61,137 nt of DNA from a virus. Lineage: Duplodnaviria > Caudoviricetes. The DNA is taken from the IMG/VR virus record IMGVR_UViG_3300020732_000001, positions 1-61,137 of that record. The stretch is one strand, 5' to 3'. A program made the translations under genes and the position numbers. Positions within the stretch are counted from its first letter, which is position 1. Each line of letters opens with the position of its first letter. Of the stretch, positions 9,453-20,100 are shown one piece after another. The notes under the pieces were generated by a model. It was given only the letters and a program-made list of their open reading frames with translations. It did not search any database and was not told the DNA's origin.

Positions 9453-11045
9453 ATGAGTCTACCGTTAATTGCCAAACACTTAGAGCAGCATGGTCGTGGA
9501 GACGATACCCACTTAGTCCATATGACTACTGGGGAGCTTCAAGCCCTACAAAAATTGGCACAACAGCACGGTGGATCATTAACCATCAATCCAAAAACAG
9601 GTCTTCCTGAAGCTGGTTTTCTAAGTTCTATTCTTCCTATGGTGGCTGGTGCTGCAATGGTAGCTTTAGCTCCTGAAACTGGTGGATTATCTATGTTAGC
9701 TGATCCAATGGTCGCAGCTGGTGTAGTTGGAGCGACTGATTATGCCATGACAGGTTCATTAAAAGATGGATTAATGGCTGGTCTTGGAGCTTGGGGCGGT
9801 GCTAGTTTAGCTGGTGGATTAGGTGCTGCTGGTATGCAAGCTGGAGTTCAACAAGGTGCAGATGTAGCAAATACAGCTTTTCAACAAGCACAAAATCAAA
9901 TATTAAATACTGTTCCTGAAGTTACTCAAGAAGAAGCTGTAAAGGCAGCGGCACAACAAACTATTCAACAGATGCCTAATTTAACTGCTGATCAAATATC
10001 TAATATGACTGCCAATTTAACGCCTGATAATGCAAATAGCATTGTTAAATCAGCAGGTATGGCAAATGCTGGCATGGGTGGATTACCACCAGCTGGATAT
10101 GGTGCTCAAGTTAATCAAAATTTATCTAATATAGGTGCTGGTTTTAATCAAGCAACAAGTTCATTAAGCAATGCTGGACAATTTTTAAAAGCTAATCCAG
10201 GTTCTGTTGCCATGTTAGGTGGAACAGCTTTAAGTGCTTTAGGTGCATTTAATCAGCCAAGTTTACCAGTTCAAACATCTGGCCAGACTAATCCATTTAA
10301 CATTAAACCAATATCACCAAATTTTCAAGGACAGTTCCCAGCACAGCCACAACCCTATTATCAAGCTCAATATGATAACTATGTAAAAAATCCTTACAGC
10401 ATGGCTACAGCCAAGCGTGGTGGTGTTATGAAATATTCTGGAGCTGATGGTAGCGATGTTCAACAGGGTTTAGCAATGATTTCTAAACGCCCTGTATTAC
10501 AAGCAACACCTGAACGAGATAGTACTTATGTGGATGTAGATCCTGATACAAAGAATCTTGATGCTTATAATGCAGCAATGACCAATTTATTAAAGCTTCA
10601 AAAATTAGCTCATTTAGCACCAACCAAATCAGGTCTTGGAGCTGTTTCTCCTCTCGGTTCTAATATTCAAACATTATCGCAAGATCAGTTGGCGGCTGAA
10701 GCAGCACAAAAAGATATTCAAAAAAATAGTCCAGTAGTCAATACTGCCAAAGAAGGTGGATTACAAAGCCATTTAGGAGATTACTCTGATGGTGGAAGAT
10801 TGCTCAAAGGTCCTGGTGATGGAGTGAGTGATGGTATTCCTGCGGTCATTGGTGGTAAACAACCAGCTCGTTTGGCTGATGGTGAGTTTGTGATTCCAGC
10901 AAGGATTGTTTCTGAGTTGGGTAATGGCAGTACAGATGCTGGAGCTAAAAGATTGTATGCCATGATGGATAGAATTAAAGAAGCAAGAAGGAAAGCAAAA
11001 GATATTGCAGCAGATACAAAGGCGTATAAACATTTACCAGCATGA
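9453..11045 (+). CDS. Putative internal virion (ejection) protein
   Basis: GRGDDTHLVH..INPKTGLPE N-terminus; GPGDGVSDGIPA..LADGEFVIPA C-terminus; Gly/Ala-rich. Confidence 0.65.
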   Translation: MSLPLIAKHLEQHGRGDDTHLVHMTTGELQALQKLAQQHGGSLTINPKTGLPEAGFLSSILPMVAGAAMVALAPETGGLSMLADPMVAAGVVGATDYAMTGSLKDGLMAGLGAWGGASLAGGLGAAGMQAGVQQGADVANTAFQQAQNQILNTVPEVTQEEAVKAAAQQTIQQMPNLTADQISNMTANLTPDNANSIVKSAGMANAGMGGLPPAGYGAQVNQNLSNIGAGFNQATSSLSNAGQFLKANPGSVAMLGGTALSALGAFNQPSLPVQTSGQTNPFNIKPISPNFQGQFPAQPQPYYQAQYDNYVKNPYSMATAKRGGVMKYSGADGSDVQQGLAMISKRPVLQATPERDSTYVDVDPDTKNLDAYNAAMTNLLKLQKLAHLAPTKSGLGAVSPLGSNIQTLSQDQLAAEAAQKDIQKNSPVVNTAKEGGLQSHLGDYSDGGRLLKGPGDGVSDGIPAVIGGKQPARLADGEFVIPARIVSELGNGSTDAGAKRLYAMMDRIKEARRKAKDIAADTKAYKHLPA

Positions 11046-11494
11046 TAGTTTATGCAGATTGCGATCCTATAAAATTAGTAGAAGAGCTTGAACAGCTTCT
11101 TCCAGAGCATTATGATGAGTTGTGTGTAACAAAAGACTTTGATTGGGATCCTGATTATGATGCCTATCGAAAGTATGCAGAATTAGGCATGTTGCGTTGT
11201 GTTTCTTGTAGGAATGATGGTGAGTTGATTGGTTATATTATTTTTATGATTAGTCCGCATTTACACTATAAGTCATGTATTACAGCGATAGAAGATGTGT
11301 ATTTTGTTAAAAAAGAGTTTCGTAAAGGTCGTGTTGGGATTAAACTATTTCAATATGCCGAACAGGTGTTAAAGCATTGCAAAGTAGATCGAGTGATTGT
11401 TCATACCAAGATTCATTTGGATAATTCAAGATTGTTGGAATATTTAGGTTATAAGCAAACAGATAAAGTGTTTACGAAAATGTTAAAGGATTAG
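11042..11494 (+). CDS. GNAT-family acetyltransferase
   Basis: YFVKKEFRKGRVGIKL acetyl-CoA motif; LEYLGYKQ. Confidence 0.75.
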   Translation: MIVYADCDPIKLVEELEQLLPEHYDELCVTKDFDWDPDYDAYRKYAELGMLRCVSCRNDGELIGYIIFMISPHLHYKSCITAIEDVYFVKKEFRKGRVGIKLFQYAEQVLKHCKVDRVIVHTKIHLDNSRLLEYLGYKQTDKVFTKMLKD

Positions 11495-11495
11495 T

Positions 11496-14171
11496 ATGGG
11501 TGGTAGTTCTTCTCCAGCTCCAGTTCAGCAAAATGTAAATAATACTCAGATTCCTGATTATCTGGCTCCTTACGCCTCGAATATGCTCAATGCTACACAG
11601 GCACAGATATTTAATCCTGATATGACTACATTTAAGGCATATCAACCATATAGTACTAATCCATCTGATTATTTTGCTGCATTTAGTCCAATGCAACAAC
11701 AGGCACAATCTACTGTTGCCAATTTACAAACACCAGACCAATTTAATCAAGCAAGTAATTTAGCTGGCACAGCTGGGCAAGGTGCATTAAATACAGTTGG
11801 TCAAGCTGGTATGTATGGTGGCATGGCTAACAGGGCAGGTCAGCAAGGTGCCAACTTATCTAATATGTACGGTGGTTTAGGTTCACAGGCTGGACAACAA
11901 GCTGCCAATTTATCCAATATGTATGGTGGTCAAGGTGCTCAGACAGGTCAACAATATGCTGGACTATCTGCTGGTGCTGGACAACAAGGTGCAAATCTAG
12001 GCAATCAATTTGCTGGTCAATCATCTATGTATGGCGGTATGGGTGCTATGCAAGGTCAGCAAGGTGCCAATATTGGACAACAATTAGGGCAGATGTCTAC
12101 TAATCCTAATGCGGTTCAGTCTTACATGAACCCATATATTCAGGCTAGTTTAAATCCTCAGCTCCAATTATTGGGACAACAAACAGGAATACAAAGTGCT
12201 GGCGAACAAGCTGCCGCAACTAGTTCTGGAGCTTTTGGTGGTTCTCGTGAAGCATTACAAAATGCTTTAGTGCAACAGGGTGGTAATTTAGCTGCCCAAC
12301 AAGCAATTGGTCAAGGATATAACACAGCATTTAATAATGCACAGCAACAAATGAATGCAGCTAATACTGCTGCTTTAGCTGGTAATCAACAAGCCTTATC
12401 TGGTTATGGAATGGGATTACAAGGTGCTAATCAAGCTGGCAATATGGCATTACAAGGTAATCAACAAGCATTGTCTGGATATGGTCAAGCAGCGTCTCAA
12501 GCACTTCAAGGTCTTGGTATGGGACTACAAGGAGCTGGACAAGCTGGTTCTCAAGCAATGCAAGGTTATGGCATGGGCTTGCAGGGTGCAGGTCAAGCAG
12601 CTAATTTAGGTATGCAAGGTGCTCAAGCAGGTCTTGCTGGCGTTGGTGCTCAACAAGCAGGATACGGACAAGCTGGTGCAGCTGGAACAAACTTAGCTAA
12701 TATTGGTAATATGCAATTGGGTGCAACAGAAAACATTGCTAACTTGCAGAATCAATTAGGTGCTCAACAAACTCAAGCACAGCAGAATATCATTAATCAA
12801 GCTGTTCAAAATTATGCGACTGCCCAGCAATATCCATTTATGCAGTTAGGTGTGATGAATGCGATGTTGCGTGGATTGCCTACACAGCAGACATCAACTA
12901 CCATGTATCAAGCTCCTCCAAGTACCGTATCCCAGTTAGGTGGATTAGGATTAGCTGGTCTTGGTGGTTTAGGTATGTATAACGCAGCAACAGGATCTAA
13001 GCGTGGTGGTAAGATCACATCAATGGCTACTGGTGGTGCTGTGCCAATGAATATGATGAGCGATCAACAGTTACAACAAGTTCAACAAAGTCCAGCATCA
13101 AGCCCAATGGCGAAAATGTATGCTCAAGACTTAAATCAAATGCATGGTTATATTCACAATAACCCAGAAGCTAGTAAAGTCATGTCACAACCATTACCTA
13201 GTGGTGGTATGCCTCCTCCAGATCAAATGTCTACAGCTCCGCAAACTCGAACAGGAGTAGCTGCTATTGGTACAGGTGATATGACTAAAATGGCTAGTGG
13301 TGGAATATTAGCATTTGCTGCTGGTAAAGAGGTTCCTCCAGCAGATGATCAATGGATGTCGGATTTATTAAAATCACAGTTAACAGATGCTTTTTCTGGA
13401 AAAAATACTGTAGCAGAAGCATATAAACCATTAGCAGAAGAACAGAAAGCTGATCTTGCACAACAACGAGCAATGGTTCTTCCTGAGTTTGCATTCCGTA
13501 CAGGTATTGGCATGATGAGTGGTGCTGGTGATCGTACTGGCGGAACATTTGGAAATTTATTAAGTAGTGTAGGAACATCGGCTCTAGGTGCTGAATCTGG
13601 TATGCAAAAGAGTCTTGCTGATATTAATGCTGCGAAAAAACTCATGCAACAAGGAACAATTTCAGCTGCAACGGCAGATCAAGCTCGCAGAGATACATTA
13701 CTTGGACAATTAAATCAAGCATATACAGGTACACAAAATGTTAAAGCACAATTAGCAAATGCTCGTGCAACTAAAGAAGCAGGATATGCAAGTGCAAATG
13801 CATATAAAGAAGCTGCTTTAACGGAAAAAGGACAAAATGCATTTTCAGGATTGGTTGAAAAATATACAAAAGATTTATTAAGTGATGAAATTAAACGATA
13901 TAAATATGAGGCAAATCCAATGTTATTACAGGCAGATGCATATAATCGTGCATATGTAGGTTTAGCTCCAACATATCGTGATAAGTTAGGCTTACCTAGC
14001 CCAGCAGATTATGCTAAGAGTTTGGGTGTAACTTTGTCAGGAACAACTCCTGTAACACCAACTCAAACATCGCCTATAATTAATCCACCAAAAGTTAATT
14101 CAGCATTGCCAACAGTACCACAAGCCCAATATCATTGGGATCCTGTAAAAATGACAATGGTTCCAAATTAA
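11496..14171 (+). CDS. Gly/Gln/Ala-rich internal virion (DNA transfer/ejection) protein
   Basis: YMNPY and GAFGGSR motifs; long GQAG/QQAL/MGLQG repeats. Confidence 0.65.
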   Translation: MGGSSSPAPVQQNVNNTQIPDYLAPYASNMLNATQAQIFNPDMTTFKAYQPYSTNPSDYFAAFSPMQQQAQSTVANLQTPDQFNQASNLAGTAGQGALNTVGQAGMYGGMANRAGQQGANLSNMYGGLGSQAGQQAANLSNMYGGQGAQTGQQYAGLSAGAGQQGANLGNQFAGQSSMYGGMGAMQGQQGANIGQQLGQMSTNPNAVQSYMNPYIQASLNPQLQLLGQQTGIQSAGEQAAATSSGAFGGSREALQNALVQQGGNLAAQQAIGQGYNTAFNNAQQQMNAANTAALAGNQQALSGYGMGLQGANQAGNMALQGNQQALSGYGQAASQALQGLGMGLQGAGQAGSQAMQGYGMGLQGAGQAANLGMQGAQAGLAGVGAQQAGYGQAGAAGTNLANIGNMQLGATENIANLQNQLGAQQTQAQQNIINQAVQNYATAQQYPFMQLGVMNAMLRGLPTQQTSTTMYQAPPSTVSQLGGLGLAGLGGLGMYNAATGSKRGGKITSMATGGAVPMNMMSDQQLQQVQQSPASSPMAKMYAQDLNQMHGYIHNNPEASKVMSQPLPSGGMPPPDQMSTAPQTRTGVAAIGTGDMTKMASGGILAFAAGKEVPPADDQWMSDLLKSQLTDAFSGKNTVAEAYKPLAEEQKADLAQQRAMVLPEFAFRTGIGMMSGAGDRTGGTFGNLLSSVGTSALGAESGMQKSLADINAAKKLMQQGTISAATADQARRDTLLGQLNQAYTGTQNVKAQLANARATKEAGYASANAYKEAALTEKGQNAFSGLVEKYTKDLLSDEIKRYKYEANPMLLQADAYNRAYVGLAPTYRDKLGLPSPADYAKSLGVTLSGTTPVTPTQTSPIINPPKVNSALPTVPQAQYHWDPVKMTMVPN

Positions 14172-14181
14172 GGGATAAAGT

Positions 14182-17100
14182 ATGCCATCAGTAAGCATTC
14201 CTTATGTTGGGGTAGTAAATTTCCCTGACGATATGTCTCATGAAGACATTTCAAATGCAATTCAAAATCATATTCTTCCAAATGCACCACATCCTGCCGC
14301 TACTCAGCCTGGCTCAACTAGCCTAGCAGATACATTACAACAATCTATATTTGCTCCTGTGCAAGCATTATTTCCAAGTGTGGGAACTGAGCCAAGCACA
14401 ATGGTAGGATCACTTGCAAAGGGTGTTCAATCATTAAAAGATATTGGAGCACAGGCAAAGTTAAGTGATTTAATTCCATTACAAGAATTAGATAAAGAAA
14501 ATTATGGCCCAAATTTTGAAAGAGCACCAACGACTGGACCTCAATCAAGAGAAAATTTGTTGGCTACCAGAGAAAAAGTTAATCAATATTTAGGTCAATT
14601 AGAACAATCTAAAGCTAATGCTCAAGCGATTGATGCAAAGTATGGCGTTGATCCTTTATCTAAAAAGATTACTGCATTAGAGCAGACTAAAGATTTTAAA
14701 GATGCCAGCACATGGGAACAAACTAAAAAGATTGGTTCAGAGCTATTAAGTAATTTTACGGATATACCAGAATATATTGCTAACGTAGGTTTAAGTAGTT
14801 TGCCACAATCTATTGCTATGGCTGTAGCATCTAAAGTAGGTGCATCAGCAGGAATAACTGGTGCAATGGTAGCTGGTGGTGCTTCATCTGCGTTCATGGA
14901 ATATGGTAATGAGTATGTTGATTTAAGAGAACAAGGATTTACTCACGAACAAGCTAATGACAAAGCTGCCGTTAAATCAGGAATTATTGGATTGCTTGAT
15001 GCTGTTTCTTTAAATTCAGCTGGTAAAGTTGCTGAAAAAATATTTGGTGGCACAAGACAGGCATTAAAAGAAACTGCCAAAGACATTGGCAAGGAAATAC
15101 CTAAACAAGCTGCTTTAGGTGCGGCTGGAGAAGGCTTTGGTTCTTATTTAAGTAATCAACCAGTTAATCCTAGAGCAGTAATGGAAGAAGCTCTTGGTGA
15201 GGTATTTGGTGCTCCTGGTGAGGCAATGTCTACTTATCAAGGTAAAAGAGCACAGCAAATTCAAAATCAAGAAGCTCCAGTTGTTAAGCCAGAGCCAAAA
15301 GGCACGGTTACTATTGGGCCTTCAACTCCTCCAGTTCCTTTAATTACTGAGGCAGATTTAGAAGAAGAACCATCAGGTCGACCACCAGTTCTACCAACTT
15401 TGCCTCATACTCTTGAAGAAATTATGGATAAAGGCGAGCCTGTTGAAACAAAACAGGAAGCTGAAAAAGCTCACAGCGATGGTGATACCGTTTATGGATT
15501 TCATGAGCAAGATGAAGAACATCCTGTATTAATTAAAGACATTGACCAGTTAAAAGGATATACACCTGATCAACTGATGGTTGTTCCTAAAGAAGAAAAA
15601 CCAAAAGAACAAAGAAAAAAAGAATCTCCAATAGCATCATCTACTACATATAACGTAAAAACCGAAGATGCTGGCACATTTTTAACTCAAGTCTTTAGAA
15701 ATAAAGATGGCTCTATTGATATAATGGATGAAGATGGACAGGTTATAAAAAATAATAAAGAATTTGCAAAAGGAAAATCTGATGCTGAATTATTGGCTTA
15801 CCATTTTGAACCATTAGGATATGAATCTCATGAAGTTGTTCCTAAAGAAGAAACGCCAGCTGAAGTTAAAAAAGAAGAAGAACAAAAAGAAGAAGAATCT
15901 ACCAGTAACATTGTTACAGGTGTAGGGGTAAACCCTGAGACAATCAATAAAGTTATTGATGCTCGTAGTGCTGGAAAAGCAAAAGATTATATTAAAAAAC
16001 ATGGTCAAGAATTTTTTGATCAAGCCTTAAAAGATGGTTTGATTAGAACTTTTACCGTTGGTAAAAATACATTTGTTACTACTACAGATGAGGGTGATGA
16101 TCTTTACTATACAAATACTAAAACAGATGATGGTAAGTATTCTTTAAAAGAAGTGCAAGATGCTGTGGATAGCGTTAAAGGTGAATGGGAACAATTTGCT
16201 GATGCTGACAAGTTTATTAAAAAATATCCAGACATGCTTACCTCGGCATGGAAAAGTGGATTTTTAAGAACAAGTGCATCTGGAACCAATCTTTTTGCTG
16301 TTTACAATGAAGAAGATCTTGAAAGAGCAAAACAGAATCAAGCGGATGAAGAAAATCCAATTGAAATGTTTAAACAAAATATAGCCGAAAGAGCGGCAGA
16401 AGAAAAGGCTAGAGAAGAAGAAAAAGCAAAAGCACCAAAGACAAAGGCTGAACTTAACAGAGAACGTCAACAGGCTAAGAAAGAGGCTGCTGAAAAGAAG
16501 AAGCAAGAAGAAGAGGTTAAGAAAAAACAGCTAGATGAAGAAGCTGAAATGAAAATGCCTGAAGAAATTGAGGCGGAAGAGCTTAAAGATAAAATAGCAC
16601 CAAATGAAACAAAAAAAATTAATGCAACAAATTATATTTCTAAGTCTACTAATGCAGAAAAACTTAATGGCTGGTCAAAAATAGATACATATAGTTCAAT
16701 TATTTTGGTTGGACAGGAAGATCCTAATGTTAAAGAATTTACTCAGCATACTTGGACATTTAATCCAAAGTCTGGAACTGATGCTATGCGAGCACAAAAT
16801 CTTGTGCAAGTATGGACACAAGAAAATCCTTTAAAAAAAGAAGAGCCTAAAGGCAAAATTAAAATAGAGCCTGTTGTTAAAAAAACACAGGCAGAAATTA
16901 ATAAAGAACGACAAGAGGCTAAAAAAAATGCCACTAAAAAACCACAAGATTTTACAAATGATGAATTAGATTTAGCGGCAAAGATTGTTTATAACGGTAA
17001 TGGTATTGAATATGAAAAATCAGTACTACCAATCCTTAAAAAATTACAGGATGCAGGGTTAATAAAATTACAAGGAACAAAAGTATTTTTAACTCAAGAA

Positions 17101-20100
17101 TCCAAAGATGCTGGTATTCCAGAGGGCAGTTCTTTTAGTCAATTTTCTGATTCAGAAGACGTTAAAAACTTGCGTAATTTTTTAACTAAAGGACCCAAAA
17201 AAGAAGAAGTCAAAGTAGAAAAAAAGCCAGCTGAAGAACATATTGAGCCAAACAAAGTTGAGCCAGTTACTCCAAAGACTATAGAAAAGTCTATTGAAAA
17301 AGCTCAATCTAGAGTAGATTACAAAAAAATCAAACAGGCAATTTCTAATCAATTTGATCAGGCCATCAAAAGGGCTACGATTCAAACTGAAAAAGAATGG
17401 GATGCATCAACTAAAGAACGAGATAGTTTTGTAAAGATTGACATTCCTGGTGATGGTAAGTTCAAGGTGGCAAACAATGTAGAACGTCTTGAAGATCTTA
17501 AGAAAAAACTTATTAACGCTGCCGCTCCAAAGACTGGTGGCATTCCAAGAGCACCAAGTGCTGCAAGTGTATCGTCTGCTGAGACTGCATTTAAGAACTT
17601 TGTTGAAGAGCAAGATTTTGAGAATGCAATTAAATACGCTGAACTCAAAGGCTTGGATATGAAAGAAGTCAAGTTGACTCCAGATCAGCGGAAACAGTTA
17701 GACAATTACATCAAAAATCCAAAGGCATTTGAAGAAGAGAAAGCTGAAGTTGAAAAACAATCAGAAGATTATGTAGAAGCTCAAAAAGAAAATGCTGTTG
17801 AAAAATTAAATCTTAAAGAAGAAAAACCAAAGGCTGGTCAAGTATTCCCAGCACCAGCAGTTAATAAAAAATTGTTTGAGGGCACAGATAAGCCCATTAC
17901 AAAAAAACCAAATTGGATGGATGAAGGAGTATGGAATCAATATGAACGATTCCAGGCTGGTAATTTCTCTATGCCAACTGCATCATTTCAAGGTGCTGAA
18001 CGGATTAAAAAAGGAAATGAGTTTAAAAAAGAAGCAGAGAAAAATTACAAAGAAGCGGCTAGGATATTCCTTAGATTTGCATCAACGGCTAAATTCCCAA
18101 CGGCTCGTGCTGATAAATTGATATTGGAAAAAGGTTCTTACATCCCAGCCAGACCAATTGAAAAGAAAATTATTGGGGCATTTACTGAGCCAAATATTAA
18201 GAAGGCTGTATATGCATTGGTAGATCCAAAAGAAGTTAGAGAGGCTTTGCGTGGTGCTGTATTAGAACCAGATAAAACAGTCTCGACTGATGGCAAACGA
18301 TTATTGATTGTTAATACCAAGAACGATGTTACTAAACCAACGATTGTTGATAAAGATGGCAAAGTAATTGAGGCTCAGATTGCTCCCTACGAGAAGGTAT
18401 TAGAAAAGTATAAAGACTTAAAACCAAGTCATGGCGTTAATGCTGAAGCGTTGGGGGACTATGCTCGTGGAGTTATCAAAGGACACAAGTATGCTGGTAA
18501 TACTTTTTATCCAATTACTTTGGTTGTGGGTAAAGAGAATTACACATTTAATGCAGAGTTTATTGAAGACCTAACAAACGCTTTTAGACAGTTGGGATAT
18601 CCAGAGTTCAATATAGGAATTCAAGATAAGATGTTGAAAGCGGTATCGCCAGATGGAAAAGTAACACAGTTACTCATGGGTATGACAGAGCGTGATACCA
18701 ACTTCATGCCATTTAATATTAATAACGGATATCCAAGTTTTACGAGCGATGAAAAATTGGGTGAAGAGTATTTTATTGAAGGTGAAGCTACGGATATCTC
18801 TAACCGTAAGTTGCTTGCTGGCCCTGTAGATGAGTTATCTGAACAAGAACAAGTCAAGTTAGAAGAGCATTACGGTGCAAAACGCAACACCAGAGAGTTT
18901 TTTACTCAATTAAAAGATGATGTTATTCGTGCTACAAACGAAGGTATTGGCATTATTGATAGTGCAATTCGAGATATCATTGCCAAGATTCAAGCTGGGG
19001 TTTTAGCCGTAGCAATTATCTTTAATCCTGCCTACATGAGTGAAGGCAACTATTTCATGATGCCTACCAAAGAAAGGTCGGTCAGGATTGAACAGGTCAG
19101 AGCTGAAGTTCCTGCCGAAGCAGAAGGTATGTCAGAGGCTGGTAAACATGCTTACTCGATGATTGCACCTGCACAAAGTGGCACTAAGTACTTTACGATT
19201 GTTGACAAACCTACTGCAACAGCGTATGTCTTTAACCCAGATGGTAGTTTAAAGATCTCAAGAAAAGTATTGTTAGGTAAAGCGTTTGGCGATTCTTATG
19301 TTGGTCAAGTTCAATTTGAACAAAATAGACAGACTCCAGCAGGAATGTTTACCATTAATGCTGAAAAAGGTAATCTGCGTGACTACGATGGCAAGACTAT
19401 CTACACATTAAGTGGTGATAAAGGTGCGTTCCATGTGGCTGTCATGCATACGGTCTATACTAAAGAGTCAGATGGTAAAGCTAGATTAAATGCATTGACT
19501 ACTCCTGGTGCTGCCGACTCTCGTTATTCGCATGGCTGTATCAACGGCACTCCTGAGTTTATGCAGTCCATCAACGATGAGAAGATGGATCAATCTCATA
19601 TGTTTGTTGTGCCTGATAATCAGGCTAAAGTTGATGATTTCTTGGCAAACAATGTTCCTAAAGATGACTTGGATCGCATGGAAGTCAAGCCAGTTGAAAG
19701 ACAGGTTGTAGAAGAGCGTGAACAGCAAAAAGTGGTTAGTGGTGCACAGCAAGATTTATTAGCGACTAGAGAAGAAGAAATCAAAGCCCCAAAGACGCAA
19801 GCAGAAATTAATCGTGAACGCCAACAGGCTAAAAAAGCAAGCCAAGAAACGCCTGAAGAAGATTATCGTGGAACATTTACAGATAACCTTGATGAACGCA
19901 GATTTTTCAAAGAAGAAAGTTTATCCAATAAACAACATGCTTCTGAACAGGCTCGCAAAGTAAAAACTTCTATTACCAAAATTTTAAGACAAATGGTAAA
20001 GGGTAACTTTGGTATTGATACCCAAAGAGCACTTACAGAACTTTTATCTGAAAGAACCATTACCAATATAGAAAAGAAATATGCTAGGGTAAGAATTGAT

